A stretch of 58,157 bases of DNA, the filler included, from Squatina squatina (Eukaryota), in NCBI GenBank assembly GCA_031763465.1. It is 4 parts of 3 records of this genome, joined end to end, with 100 filler letters (N's around TTAATTAATTAA, not from the genome) between each part and the next. Parts side by side here need not be neighbours in the genome. Positions count along the whole stretch, not along the records: positions 18,584 to 32,452 come from JARFOE010000039.1; positions 32,553 to 45,093 come from JARFOE010000013.1; 2 more parts are not named here. One strand, given 5' to 3'. The notes under the pieces were generated by a model. That model saw only the letters and a list, made by a program, of their open reading frames with translations, did no database searches and had not been told where the DNA came from. Position 1 is the first letter of the stretch. Each line of letters begins with the position of its first letter. A program made the position numbers and the translations under genes. Below, one piece after another: positions 24,405 through 37,215 of the stretch.

Positions 24405-25027
24405 CTAAGACTCTGGTAGTCTGTTTACTGTTGGTTCTGTAGNNNNNNNNNNNNNNNNNNNNNNNNNNNNNNNNNNNNNNNNNNNNNNNNNNNNNNTGAC
24501 CGGCTTTGCTGGATAGATGCGGAGATTGTCCTGGTTCTTCTTATTATAAATGTTAACTCTGTGTCCCAGCTCTGGGCTGGCATTCATGGATCCAGGTGGA
24601 CTCGGCAGCTTGAGGTTGACTGGGTCCAGGCCTTTCTGCGTGAGGCAGGTGTCCTCTGACAAGGTAGACAGGAGTTCCTGCACCACCACACTCGTGTCTT
24701 TGTGCACAATGGGCTCCATGTTGCCATGTTGCTGATTCTCAGACCTCTCTTGCAGGTAGCTTTCGGAGGACACTTCCCTGGTTGTGCTGCAGTCTGTGGA
24801 AGAGCCCAGGGTTTGGCTGCTGAGGCTTTGGGCTTGGGTGGTGGTACTGTCTATCGATCTGGAGACACTCCCCGAATTGTCGCTTATGGAACTGCTGACC
24901 CTCTCGAGCTTTGTTGGCACCTCCACCGTCAAAAGGTCGGACGATGCATTGTGAAGCATGCTGGGGAGGTGGACGTCAATGGCAGCTGTTGTGATGACGT
25001 GGGAGGCACCTTCTGGAATTCCCATCT
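24405..25027 (-). CDS. TMEM266: TMEM266 (HVRP1/C15orf27) last coding exon; contains a 54-N gap
   Basis: TTAAIDVHLP, SSDLL, AQSLSSQTLGSSTDCSTTRE, VQELLSTLSED, SPELGHRV and NRLPES* match the recalled human C-terminus (TTAAIDIHQP...SSQTLGSSMDCSTARE...SPELEHRV...HRVPEA). Acceptor tttcttag at 25030-25028. Confidence 0.9.
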
Positions 25028-25348
25028 CTAAGAAACATAAACAATGATATTGCCACAGAAATATTACTGAGGTTTCGCTTACGTTTCAACGGCAGTGTCA
25101 CATCAGGGTGGTTTTGCTTCCCATCAACGCTGCAGTTACAGTGTAAATGCAACCTCAATCCAGCATCAGAGCCCAATGTAACATTGGAATGAAGCAGCGC
25201 TAGATCACCTGGAGGAGGGAGCCCCACGCCGCTTCGATATGCAGCTAGCTCAGACCTTAAGATCAAGTTTACACTCCAAATTTAACATTGATACAATGCA
25301 GTTTCGGCTTCGCATTATTACACTTGTGGAGTGCGAAAGCACCATGAA

Positions 25349-25432
25349 AGAAAGAACTTGTATTTATACAGTGTCTTTCATGAGCTCAGGACATCTCAAA
25401 GAGTTTTACAGCCAATGAAGTACTTTTAAAGT
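25349..25432 (-). mobile_element. DeuSINE 3' tail fragment
   Basis: agaacttgtatttatacagtgtctttcatgagctcaggacatc...gccaatgaagtactttt. Confidence 0.75.
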
Positions 25433-25459
25433 GTTATACGGTTGGACACCAGACAGATA

Positions 25460-25692
25460 AATATAAGATTCTGAGGGGGATTGACAGGGCAGAAGCTGAG
25501 AGATTGTTCCCTCTGGCAGGACAGTCTAGAACTAGGAGGCATAGTCTCAGGATAAGGGGGTGGGACCAAGATGAGAAGGAAAGTCTTCACTCAGAGGTTT
25601 GTGAATCTTCGGAATTCTCTGCTCCACAGAGCTGTGGATGCTGAGTCGTTGAGTATATTCAAGCTTGAGATAGGTAGATTGTTGGACTTTAG
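25460..25692 (+). mobile_element. CR1/HER1 LINE ORF2 3' fragment
   Basis: YKILRGIDRAEAERLFPL...MRRKVFTQRFVNLRNSL...SLSIFKLEIGRLL. Confidence 0.88.
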
Positions 25693-25874
25693 NNNNNNNN
25701 NNNNNNNNNNNNNNNNNNNNNNNNNNNNNNNNNNNNNNNNNNNNNNNNNNNNNNNNNNNNNNNNNNNNNNNNNNNNNNNNNNNNNNNNNNNNAAGGGATT
25801 TTGAATTGAAGGATTCTTTACAATGCAACTCTGGTTACACATTTGTTCTGGGAACCATAACTGCACACTCATCG

Positions 25875-26175
25875 AATCTTGCAGAAGAAGACCATTCGGT
25901 CCATCATGCCTGTGCTGGCTCTGTGAAAGAGCGATCCAATTAGTCCCACTCCCCCCTGCTCTTTCCCCATAGACCTGCAAATGTTTCTTTTTCTAGCATT
26001 TATCCAATTCCCTTGTGAAAGTTACTGTTGAATCTGCTTCCATTGGTGGTTCCAGATCATAAACAGCGCAATGCGTAAAAAAAATATTCTCCCCATCTCC
26101 CCTCTGCTTCTTTTTCCAATTATCTTAAATCTGTGTCCTTTTGTTAATGACCCTTTTGTCAGGGGAAACAGTTTA
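25875..26175 (-). mobile_element. Older CR1 LINE 3' fragment
   Basis: KDKLFPLTKGSLTKGHRFKIIGKRSRGEMGRIFF plus CR1 3' UTR. Confidence 0.8.
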
Positions 26176-26664
26176 TCCTTATTTTGGGGGACTGGGACCG
26201 ACAAGAGTGGAATCCATTCTACAAAATGATTCTTCAGGAGCTGAGCTCCAGAAGCACCGCTCTAAATCAGGTAATTCAGTGCATTCTGTCTCAAGCGATG
26301 ATCCAATTCATTTATACATCTATCCTGCTCCATGTTTCACTGAAGCATAACATAATTTCCACAAAGCTCGTGTCAACAAATGATTGCTGCCAGATTCTAA
26401 ACATCAGTTTATCCGATTACAGGTGAGTGTGTCAAATGGTGATGCAGCCAGCCCAGCTTATTATAATGCTGCGTTAGGATAAACAGCCTATCTCGATCTG
26501 GAATTTCAGGGGGGCGGGGGTAAAAAGACTCAGGTTCCCCTTGGTGGCTCAGTGAGTACATGCACTGCCCAGAACTGGAGGGTCCCACATTTGGGTACTG
26601 CTCTGTGCTGAATTAGGCAATCTCATCTTGGGTAGGATCAGGGGCACTGCAATGAGGATTCAAT

Positions 26665-26791
26665 TCATAGGAACATGAGGAGACCATTCAGCCCCTCGAG
26701 CCTGTTCCACCATTCAATGAGATCATGGCTGATCTGCGACCTAACTCCATATCCCCGCCTTTGGCCCATATCCCTGAGTACCTTTGGTTAA
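26665..26791 (-). mobile_element. CR1/HER1 3' UTR
   Basis: accattcagcccctcgagcctgttccaccattcaatgagatcatggctgatct. Confidence 0.85.
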
Positions 26792-27216
26792 NNNNNNNNN
26801 NNNNNNNNNNNNNNNNNNNNNNNNNNNNNNNNNNNNNNNNNNNNNNNNNNNNNNNNNNNNNNNNNNNNNNNNNNNNNNNNNNNNNNNNNNNGGCAAGATG
26901 CTCAATCACCAGGGCTTATTCTGCCGAGACTTCATGAAATTTTGTTCTGCATTTGCATACTATTGGCTATCATTCTCAGACACAAATGTAATTAGCTACA
27001 TTTAAATGTATTATGAATGGAAATCAGATACAGGAACAATTTTCGCAACAGGGATATCATGGTTGATTTGCTGTAATTAGTGTTTCAGGGTTATAAGTAG
27101 CTACTTTTTGCAAATGGATGGGAAGGAGGAGTGGTTATTAGACACGTTTGGTATATTGGTAAATGCATCCTAATTTTTAATATTAAAATCTCACTGTTTA
27201 AAAACTATAATTTCAG

Positions 27217-27600
27217 CTCTCCCAATGGTTCAGTTGGTGAAGGCAGGCCAAGGCCGTCACAGGCAAATGTTCCCACTAATAGTTTTGGGGTCACACGGCC
27301 CCTTTAAGGGGCTGTGCGACCCATTCAAAAGTCCATGCAGGCGTGGTTTCTGCATTTAAAAACCGGTGAGCGGGCTACGTGGGAGCTCTAGATGGCTGCG
27401 CAGCTTAAAGGGAACATTCGGTCACAGGTTCAATCAGTGATCGATGCTGAGTAAACTGACCTCAGCTGCAGTGGCGATAAACAGGCTACAATTAGCTCCA
27501 ACATTTCCCGCCCGAGTTCGTCAGAAAGTCAGCAAGGAGCTGCGCTCCTAACTGCAACCCTTGCTGGAAAGTCTGTGCGTGTGGTTGTCAGGATCATCTT
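27217..27600 (+). mobile_element. Old tRNA-derived SINE interrupted by a hAT MITE
   Basis: A-box-like tggttcagttggt, B-box-like aggttcaatc and a gctgagtaaactgacctcagc core; related fragment at 26535-26650. Confidence 0.55.
27264..27420. mobile_element. 157-bp hAT MITE with a perfect 8-bp TSD GTCACAGG
   Basis: gtcacagg at 27256-27263 and 27421-27428; TIR caaatgttcccactaa / ttaaagggaacattcg. Confidence 0.88.
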
Positions 27601-30125
27601 CAGTCGCACATTCGTACCACTCTCAAAAGCAAGCCCCCACTTCATCCCGGCTTAGCAACCTAAGAACTGGAGTAGGCCGATCATCCCTCGAGCCTGCTCC
27701 ACCGTCCAATCCAATCCAGTAACTCAACTCCATTTCCCCGCCTTTGATCCATATTCCTGGACATGCTTGCCTAACAAAATGCTTAGCTGCGTTGCCCAGA
27801 ATAAAATGCAGTACGCGCCAGATGGGGATCTGAAAGGAATAGCTGTTCTACGTCTCGGCGGTAGTACAGCAACAAGCTGCACAGCCAGGCCAATACTGGG
27901 TCCCTTTCGAATAAAAGGGAACGAGGTAATATTTAGCAATTCTACATTCATTTGCTTTCTTCACATCAATTTTATTACGGCATTTGGACTGCAATCAATC
28001 CATGATTAGATTGCATGCGAAATTTATATCCACCTGTTAGCTGCCCTACAGTAGAGATGTGCAGACGACAAGACTAAGTCTTTATATCCATTACAAAAGC
28101 CAACTTCTGTTCCAAGGTTTGTTGCTCTTAACAGTTACATGCCTTCTGTGTTTAAACTGTAACATCTTTATTTGGAATTGCCCGTGCTGTGCAAGTTCCT
28201 TGCAGGGAGCTTCACAGGCCATGCTGGCAGGAAATGGAAGCCTCATTTCTATGATGGATGGCTTACAGCAGTCGCACTGGATTCAAGAACAGCCAAATAC
28301 TCCAGTATTCGTCTCTTTCCCTTCCAGCCACCCACTGTGGGAGTAAAGCAAGCACACCAAGCCCAAGTATATCGTAAGTAAAAGGTGGCAGCATCATAAA
28401 TATCAAACTGCATGTTTAGTTACGACAATTTTAAATGCCTGTGGCAACACGTCTGCACTGCTATGAGATGCAATAGACTTTCTAAACTGCAAAGAACATA
28501 TATGCACTTTTAAAAACCTGTACAACTTATTAAAGATTTAAAATGGTATGGCAGTGGGCAGGCGAGAACAATCTTACAATGCTGAGTCCTTCTGAGTTGT
28601 AGCACAAGAGTTAAACGTCATAGTCCCTTCTTATTTACTTTTTTTTTTAATACTTTTTTTTAATACTATTTAAGTATTTTGGAATCGACAATGAACATAG
28701 GCACTTCATTTTTATTAAAAAGCAATATTTGCTCAATTTTATTAAGAATTATTCTATTTGACATTTGGAAATTATTACTAATTTCAAAATCTTTACCAGG
28801 AGTATTTTTTTTAATTGTCAAGAAAATTAAGAATTTACTCCTAATCATCTTTAGCATACCAATCTGAACTGTAAGCAGCAGATTTAGAATTATGCACACT
28901 CCATTCAAATGCTGTCCCCCACCCATTTCGCCAAGTGTAGCTGCATTTCTAGTGCGCCTGTAACCTCAGAAAATTTTGAATTACTACCTTCCAAAACGGT
29001 GCATTCTGAATAATTATAAACACTTTTATGCTTCAGTTTTTCATGCTGATACACACCTTTGTAATTAACTCCAGTTTATGCTGCCATTCTCTTCTTTCCT
29101 CCAATCACCCCTGCCCATCCAAGGTTTACTTTGATACTTGCCTTCCCCACACCCGACCCATGCTGGCAATCATCTCCCCTCTTCATATCTCCATCATCCA
29201 ATGCCATTCCCACTCACAGTTTTTCTCAACTCTCCCCTACCATTATTCTAGAGTTCTTCTGAGTCTTGCTGTTGCTTGCATATTGAATGCAACTGCATAG
29301 TCCAGGGGCGAATTCCTTAGCTTGTGAGAATTCCTGTCCGCTGTATGTAGCCATGTTAAATCACTTCACCTTCCAACAACAAAGGGGCTTGGGTACGATC
29401 TCCAGATATTCACTGCGGGGAGAGATGGACTGGTTCATGCTGATTTTCATCTGCAAATACAGACATGGCAGCCAGGGTCCCAAAGTGCTAACTGTCCATG
29501 TCAAGCGTGGATGGCTGACATTTATGTAGTATGGGTTATTACCTCACGCTTACCACCAAAGTATCTATAATGGCTACAAACTAGTTGATTTTTACATTTT
29601 TAAAAACATGTTGGTCTTTCTCCATAGCACTGCTATGGATATCAGCAATTTTCAAAATGTGGTGTTTGTGATGGCTAAGTTATATTATCTTGCCCTTTAG
29701 CCCAGGGTAAAGCTCTTAGTTTGTGCAGTGTTTAAATTAGTGAATTGTCTGAGATACTAAAATATGTCCTCACTTCATGAACCCAACAATCAGCAATTCT
29801 GTTCAAACCAAACATCTACTGTGAAGTAATAACATAAATCTATAATGGTAGTATTTAAAATGGCGGTGAAGTTCATGACCCTTCAGGTTAAGGCTTCAGG
29901 TTAAGCAACATTACTAGTATTGCTTCTAAGTTACAAAATTAGAAACTTCATTTCACACCATCACATATGGCAAAAAAGACACATCAACAACCATTGATTT
30001 TTTTTGCCATTTTGTTCATTATTGGTTTATATCTGCAGTACTAAGACATGCCTTATGTACATATGCATATGTAGTGCAAGTATACAAATTCAAATATGGA
30101 AATCAAAGTTACCATTAACCCATCT

Positions 30126-30213
30126 CCATAAGACCATAAGACCATAAGAAGTAGGAGCAGGAGTAGGCCATTCGGCCCGTCAAGCCCGCTCTGCCATTCA
30201 ATTGGATCATGGC
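30126..30213 (-). mobile_element. CR1/HER1 3' terminus with (CCATAAGA)3 octamer tail
   Basis: ccataagaccataagaccataagaagtaggagcaggagtaggccattcggccc. Confidence 0.88.
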
Positions 30214-32452
30214 NNNNNNNNNNNNNNNNNNNNNNNNNNNNNNNNNNNNNNNNNNNNNNNNNNNNNNNNNNNNNNNNNNNNNNNNNNNNNNNNNNNNNNN
30301 NNNNNNNNNNNNNTGAAAAACTGTAAAGTAATGCGCGCACCCGAAAAAATACTAGGGGGAATATTGGGCAAGAATCCAGCGCCATCAGAAAAGCCGGTAG
30401 AAATGAAAAATCACATAAGCAAGCCATAACTGCAGGCAAGGAAATTATAGATAACCTTGACAACACAATGACATTTCACGATAAGTTCAGATACAATTAC
30501 TTAATGCCTGATCCTCCTTCTCATCAATCTGCAGGAAGTAGCTATTAAGATGAACCCTGGAGAACTAATTACAAAGAATCAGCCATGCTGTCCCTGTTGA
30601 GAAAATTGTTCCCATATATGATTTCCATTCATAATACATTTAAATTGATCTAATTACAGTCGCATCTCCCAGAATGGTAACTGCTAATATGCAAATGAAA
30701 AATTAAATTTCACACCGGATTAAGCACTTTGTCAACCCTTATTACTGCACGCTGTGCTATCCCTCATCTATTTTATTGGCTAGCAAGCCCATGCAGATCA
30801 GCCATGATCTAATTGAAGGCGAAGCAGGCTCGAGGGGCTGGATTGTCTACTCCTGCTCCTAAACCTTCCTCCAACCCTCCAAATACACCATCTTACACAC
30901 TCTTCCTCCTCTTGCAAAGTCACTGGGTTCAAATCACCCGCATAGAATTATCCGAGCTGGAGTGACCTCCTGGACTAGTTTTGATCGTCGAGGAGGGTTA
31001 GAGAGGAATGTCCCAGACTTTTTCCCCCGAAATTGGCCCTGGGTTCCTAATCTGGATTTTTTTTTGCCTCTCTCCCCGGAGATCACATGGTTTTGGGTAG
31101 GTTGTGATGTTCCCTTTAACCTACGTAAACAAGAGGTGATCCAATACTCANNNNNNNNNNNNNNNNNNNNNNNNNNNNNNNNNNNNNNNNNNNNNNNNNN
31201 NNNNNNNNNNNNNNNNNNNNNNNNNNNNNNNNNNNNNNNNNNNNNNNNNNGCTCCACCTCGCTCTCCTCCTTTTAAGACGCTCCTTAAAACCTACCTCTG
31301 ACCAAGCTTTGGGTCACCTCACCTGGCTTGTGAGGAAGAGTTGGATGTCAAGCCTGCACATGTGGAATTATTAAATGGAGCACCCATACATTTTTTCAGG
31401 AGGTATGAATCAAATACTCAAAGACTTATTGTCCCGTCTCTCAGGGCCTGCTTCCAAGACGATTGAATTCATACTTTCCAGGTCAGTCCATTCTTAGGGT
31501 TGAATATCTCACGCAGTGGGAGGAACATGCATCAAGTTTGATCAAAAGTTTGCATTCCATGAAAGGTCTTTACTTGGTCTAAAGAGCCAAAGAACAACTG
31601 CAACTGAGTTAAAGACCTTTATTTGAGCACAAATGTTTTAAAGGACATTTGCATGGAATTTTTTTTTTTAAACAATGAAAGGCTAACACCATATATTCCA
31701 TTGGAAAGCTTGTTCAAGCGAATGAACATCCCACTTACATTTGTGAAATCAAAAAAAATTACATCAGCTCACTTTGATACGATTTTAATATACAATACTC
31801 AAATTATAAAGGTAAATCCTGTAAACCAAGAGCTCTGAAGCTAAAGGGTGACAATCCCTAAATTGACACTGCGCTCATTCTGTCTAGTTTTGTGCTAAGC
31901 TCATGTACCCATATTCAGTTGGTAGTACAGCACTTGTTACATGCCAAACTAACCTGTAGGGGGGAAAAAAAAAGAGATCTTTGTGAATAATTCAAAAAGG
32001 AATTTTTCAGCTACATCCTCTTATGCGTTTTAACACTTCAGTGGCAATTACACTGAATAGCACAAAAATAGTTCACTCTTCATGCTCAGGGGTCTGAAAT
32101 ATCAATTTCTATGAGTGAGGTCTGAGGAAAAAGTTCATCATCACTGTGGGAGTACGAGTTATAATGACAGTTAGAAGGAGGCTGTAGCGATAGTGCTGGA
32201 CAGCAGTGGACTTCCAACTGGTGATCAAGAGGCCAAATCACAGTCTCGAGCAACAATCACTTGTGGTTTCCTATGGGCTTGGTTGAGCCAGTTTATCTGG
32301 GAGAAGGGCAAGTAAGAGGAGACAGACACAGCGCAACCAAGGAGACATTTTAACTCAAGTCTGTGGATAAGGCCATGGGCCTATTCTGCCTACGCGAGGA
32401 GGATAAGTTGTTTTCTGTAATGGGGGGGGAAAAGGAAGAAGGGGTATGGAAA

Positions 32453-32552
32453 NNNNNNNNNNNNNNNNNNNNNNNNNNNNNNNNNNNNNNNNNNNNTTAA
32501 TTAATTAANNNNNNNNNNNNNNNNNNNNNNNNNNNNNNNNNNNNNNNNNNNN
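32453..32552. other. Artificial linker N44-TTAATTAATTAA-N44
   Basis: Same as 18484-18583. Confidence 0.95.
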
Positions 32553-32755
32553 AGGAACCCTCCAATTGCAATTTCAGGTCCACTGTGATTTCTCCAGCAA
32601 AATGCAGTGAGTGGAGGATAGTTACATTCAAATTATGTGCATAAAAATCAATCCCAGTCACTGACAGAGTAATTACCTAATCATCTCCAGTGTCGCCGGG
32701 AAGGGCCATCTTTCACCTTAGAATAAAGTTAGTTACCAATAACAATGGTACTTAC

Positions 32756-32938
32756 ACTGCCCTTCCAAGAGAAACTCCTCCCCACGACATAAACTGTTTG
32801 TTGGACAGAATTGGTGGTATATCAACCAAGGAATTTGAAGATGAAGGGATGGATTGGACCGATTCGGGTCTCCCAAGCAGTCCTTTCAAACCAACTTCAT
32901 ACTGGGGACCAAAAGGCTGGACCAGAATAATCAAATGG
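32756..32938 (-). CDS. CEP192: CEP192 exon, ASH/SPD-2 region (HLIILVQPFGPQYEVGLKG...DIPPILSNKQFMSWGGVSLGRAV)
   Basis: Acceptor ttctttctag, donor gtaagt, 183 nt, phase 2-2. Matches recalled human GPQYEVVLKG...LDIPSILSNKQFLAWGGVPLGRT. Confidence 0.9.
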
Positions 32939-33264
32939 CTAGAAAGAAGAGGACAATTCTTCAGTACAGTTTCGCATTTAAAAGGAATTTTCCCTCATCA
33001 ATATCTGGGTTTCCCTAGTTTCAATCTGTTCACCCATTTAAAAAAAACGTACTTTTAAAGTTTCTTAGTGGAGCGAAAATGAAGAGTGACACTTGAGGGA
33101 GAGAAAGATTGAGATACAAGATGAAAAGACGGGCGAGAATTGACCAAAAATATTGTACTTGTTANNNNNNNNNNNNNNNNNNNNNNNNNNNNNNNNNNNN
33201 NNNNNNNNNNNNNNNNNNNNNNNNNNNNNNNNNNNNNNNNNNNNNNNNNNNNNNNNNNNNNNNN

Positions 33265-33395
33265 TGGGAAAATTCCGGCCCATGTCTTTGGACCATTAGT
33301 CCAGGCTTCTGGATTACTTGTCCAGTAACATAAACACTATGCTACCGTACACTTTCTGCAGTGGGACTTGAACCCACCACCTTCTGATTCAGAAG
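33265..33395 (-). mobile_element. 5' (tRNA-derived) heads of two SINEs
   Basis: Reverse complement gtacggtagcatagtgtttatgttactggacaagtaatccaga..., and gtgggacttgaacccaccaccttctgattcaga matching the DeuSINE head at ~48640-48670. Confidence 0.6.
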
Positions 33396-34036
33396 GAAAC
33401 ATTTCCGGTCGACCTGACTGGCCGATGTTTTTAGGTTCACCTGGGCTGGTAGCTCAGAGGTGGCTGTGCTGGATCTTGCGATGGATGTCCCCTCCCTCCC
33501 TAACTAAATTAAACTGCTCACGGGTGCAGGAGGAGCTTGGCCAGACACCTTGGACACACGACCTGGGGCAAACCACCAAGACAAGAAGCTCTTAAAGGGC
33601 CGCAGCTCATCATCAAAGGGAAAGTTGTGGAGGCGGTAGGAAAGTTGACTATTTGTCCCCAGCGGCACAGCAGGAACATGTGAGCAACGCTGTATCCTTG
33701 GAAATAGAAACATAAGATTGTTGGACATGCGCAGCAAGTCAGAAATAACCTATAAGGGGACAGGACGGTTCTAATGTTTCAAGGCCCTGGTGAGAGTTCA
33801 GACACCTGAATTGCTGGTGCCTTTTTTCTCAAGCCAGACTTGCTGAAAAGCTCCAGTCAAAAATAACTCAATGTGCAAAACATTACTCTCAAAGGTGTTC
33901 AGTTTCTGAAGACCATTGAAGTAAATGTCCTAAGTAGTGATTGAAGCACTGGATTAATTTACCCACACATGACCAATAGGGCTGTACTGGTGCACTTGTG
34001 CTATATATAAAAATTATATATTAAATGGTTGTTCAC

Positions 34037-34267
34037 CTCAATCAAAGGGTCTTCTACCACAGCTGTAATAACCACTCTGATGGCAAGTGCTTCTGCTCTG
34101 GTAATTGTACTGGCATCTGCCGAGACTGGACATGAGGAGACACACAGTACACACTGAAAAATCCCAGGGTGACGTGGGAGGAACATCAGTTTTAAATCTT
34201 CAGTAACACGAGGGCCAATGATGGTTTTGTTCTTGAATATCCAACACTGGTGAGCAAAGGCATCCAT
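34037..34267 (-). CDS. CEP192: CEP192 exon (MDAFAHQCWIFKNKTIIGPRVTEDLKLMFLPRHPGIFQC...AEALAIRVVITAVVEDPLIE)
   Basis: Acceptor tatcttccag, donor GAG|gtgaac, 231 nt, phase 0-0. Matches recalled human CLVFKNKAIIRPHATEEIKVLFIPSSPGVFRC...QAEALASTVTLTAIAESPVIE. Confidence 0.9.
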
Positions 34268-34364
34268 CTGGAAGATACAAATGATTAAACAAGTACTGTG
34301 AATTGACTAACTAATTGTAACTTGGCTGGATTGTGATTTGCAATAGCCTTGAAATGGCAATTTC

Positions 34365-34680
34365 GTAGAATTTTGTGGCACAGAAGATTTCCATTCAGCC
34401 AACATATCTGCTCTGGCTCTCTGGAAGAGTTATCGACTTTGATCCATTTACATGATCTTTCACCTTTTTGAGTTTGTCAAACTTGTATCCAGTTCCCTTT
34501 TAATAGCGATTCTGGATTCTGTTTCCACCACTGTTTCTGGTTAAGATGTTCCATGTTCTAACAACTCTCTGCATTAAAAAAGTCTCCTAACCCCTCTCTT
34601 TGCTAGCAATATTAAGCACATGCCCTCTTGTTAGATACAGTGATCAGTAGAAATACTTTTTTTCCTATTTACTTCAATTT
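34365..34680 (-). mobile_element. Ancient, highly diverged CR1 3' fragment
   Basis: gattctgtttccaccact...gttccatgttctaacaactctctgc resembles the CR1 3' region at 25875-26175. Confidence 0.5.
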
Positions 34681-36928
34681 TTGATGTTTTAGTTTTCCCC
34701 TTGGCTAAATTTTCTCATACAGGAAACTGGTTTAGCATTCTGCAAAATGATTATTTGTAGGGTAAAGCAGTGGTTAATGAAAAATCTGGTATTACTTGTA
34801 CCTGTTCTGTATTGAGTGCGTTATACGTATTCTTTCTTAACTTGTCTTGGGCGAGTTGTCCGAGGTTTTAATTTGACTGTTAGCAGCCACCAGTACGCAA
34901 CCATTCATTAGACCACATGCATAATGTAAAAACAGAACGCAATTCGGTATACATATGAAAGGAACCTCCTGTCATTGCGTGGATAAAGCTGACAGATGGT
35001 GAGCAGGTGATAAACATTGCTCTCTGAGCTCCCAAAAGCTTGTTTACATTTCAGAGTTCCTCTCGGTACTTGACATTTTAAGATGGTTTGATCAGTTGCT
35101 GATCCACTTGTACACCAGCATCCTGTGTGGATTTGCTTGTATCTNNNNNNNNNNNNNNNNNNNNNNNNNNNNNNNNNNNNNNNNNNNNNNNNNNNNNNNN
35201 NNNNNNNNNNNNNNNNNNNNNNNNNNNNNNNNNNNNNNNNNNNNCAACAGACCATTTTTAGGGTAAATCTGGTTGGTGTATGAAAAATAATCATGGAGGA
35301 GATTTGCTAATAAATCGAGGATGGAATCAAAACTTTAAATAACTAGATGTTGGAGAGGAATGCTCAGACTTTTAACTGTGGAAAAGCAGAACTTGGAAGG
35401 TAGGGAAGAAAAGAAGAAAGCAGGAAATACATTTAAGTATAGTAAACTTAAAAAGACTTGGAAAAAAAACTCAAGACAAGAGCCAGGAATACAATTGAGT
35501 GCCTTCCCCCAACTGCTAAAAGCATTCGGATTAAAATACTGAAACTGAAAGCAGTGTATTAAAAAAATCATTTATGGATTGTGTAACCATGAAGATGGGA
35601 ATTAATTCAGTATGCAGGGAGGCAGGCTGGTCAGGAAACATAATGTGGGGCTGAAATGAGAGGTAGCTGTTGTGTTTGCATTAACTACTGAAAGTATTGA
35701 GGGGTTCAATTTGCCCAATAAAAAAAGTGTACACCTTCTTAAAGGGAAGGACCCCATTATCCAAGACCAGAGATCTTAAACACAAGTTGGCAAAACCAAT
35801 GCTAAGGGACCCTTAAAAGTGAACAAGGGCACAAGCTCGAGTTTAACCAATGAAAACAATCCAGCTGACGAACATAAATCACTAATAATCTCTCTGCTGC
35901 TTGTTCAGCCTGGACTACCCTACCCATTAGGGCAATACCTTGCAGGATTACCTGGAGCAGAGTGGGAAGAATTACCAGCCCATTCCAGGTTCCATTCATG
36001 AGCAGGCTGGCTGGTCAATCATCAACAGTGCCCTGCTCAGGTACTGAATTGCCAAGTCAATAAGAGGCTGACTTGATTTCAAAATTCTACTGCCGGCATA
36101 TCAGCTTGGAGCCATTTTAATCCTCTCCCTCACCTCCTGAGGATATTCACGAATCATAGGATAACTGGCGACAGCAGTTTTCAACCCTGACTAGACAGAG
36201 AAGATACCAAAAGCAGCATGAGAAGCACAACTCCCCATAAAGATGTGCAAGTGTATCGCCACCATTCTCCTAACCATATCACGGACAAACATCATTTCCT
36301 GTCAAACAGTGGTTCCACCAGTTGAAGGTGTGGAGTTTCAACAGCATATGTTTGCTTCTCTGGCACTCAATGACTCAATGATTGTAAGGATGTGCACTAA
36401 ATGTGACTTTACAAGCATCGCCAAGATTCTGAAAACAAATTCTTTAAAAAAAAAAGCACAAGCCATGAATACAAGAATATATGCTCTCAAACCCAGATCT
36501 TCAGTAATGCCTTTCAGCAGCTGATCCACACTCAAGAGCTTCTTCTTCAGCTGTACAATGGGCAGCATGCCTTTGCAGGGCAGCTTTTGTTACACTTGCC
36601 ACCTCAACGTTCTAGGTGTCAAAAACTAACACCAAGCTTAGCAACTGCTTACGGCAACGGCTGTGAGGGGAGGGGTGGGCTTTGGCAAAGAGATATACTT
36701 GCCATGAGGCTCTCGCTCATTCCAGGACACTCCAACAGGTCAGCGTAGCCCAGAGCCCTCACTCCCTGCAACTATTTCCACCTTCTTGCAGCAATTCCAT
36801 CTAATAATTTATATTGCAGAAATTGGTCAGGGGTCTACGGTCCTTGAGCTCAGACATGATATCACCTCAGGTAGGCAAGAATTCCAAAGTGATTTGAACA
36901 TTATAGCCTTTGAAGGGATTTTACTTAC

Positions 36929-37039
36929 TAAAGCTTCCTGGCGGTGAGTTGAACTTCTTTTGGAGGATAAGTTGAGAGCTGTTCCAGGAACAGTAGAAAT
37001 GACTTTTCCATTGCCTACTGGGCCTAAACGACCCTCTGT
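36929..37039 (-). CDS. CEP192: Probable CEP192 N-terminal-region exon (TEGRLGPVGNGKVISTVPGTALNLSSKRSSTHRQEAL)
   Basis: Strong acceptor cttcttttcttttag, donor gtaagt, 111 nt; in phase with exon 37216-37514 across a 176-nt intron. Identity inferred from position and strand. Confidence 0.65.
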
Positions 37040-37215
37040 CTAAAAGAAAAGAAGTTAACTACAGTGTAGGAAGCTGCATGTAAATAAAATGTTATAATTA
37101 TGTAAATTTATTCATCACTGCAACTCAAATCTATAGATGCGATATAGAGTTCAGCAATAGGTTAACAGAGAAAGGAGATGGAAAACAGTAAAACTTATTT
37201 TATTTGCTTTCTTAC

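Noticed and set aside
29370-29450. 81-nt minus-strand exon candidate (MKISMNQSISPRSEYLEIVPKPLCCWK) within TMEM266
   Set aside because: Weak donor (gtgaag) and no match to TMEM266 as recalled; unsupported without RNA data.
12551-29906. Short perfect tandem duplications (~12551 16 bp, ~15128 12 bp, ~29881 13 bp)
   Set aside because: Ordinary slippage-type duplications with no sign of function.
32690-33058. 122-aa plus-strand ORF
   Set aside because: Antisense shadow of the CEP192 exon.
35079-35144. Possible coding end DTSKSTQDAGVQVDQQLIKPS* on the minus strand
   Set aside because: Starts at a gap, has no splice site and is unrecognised.
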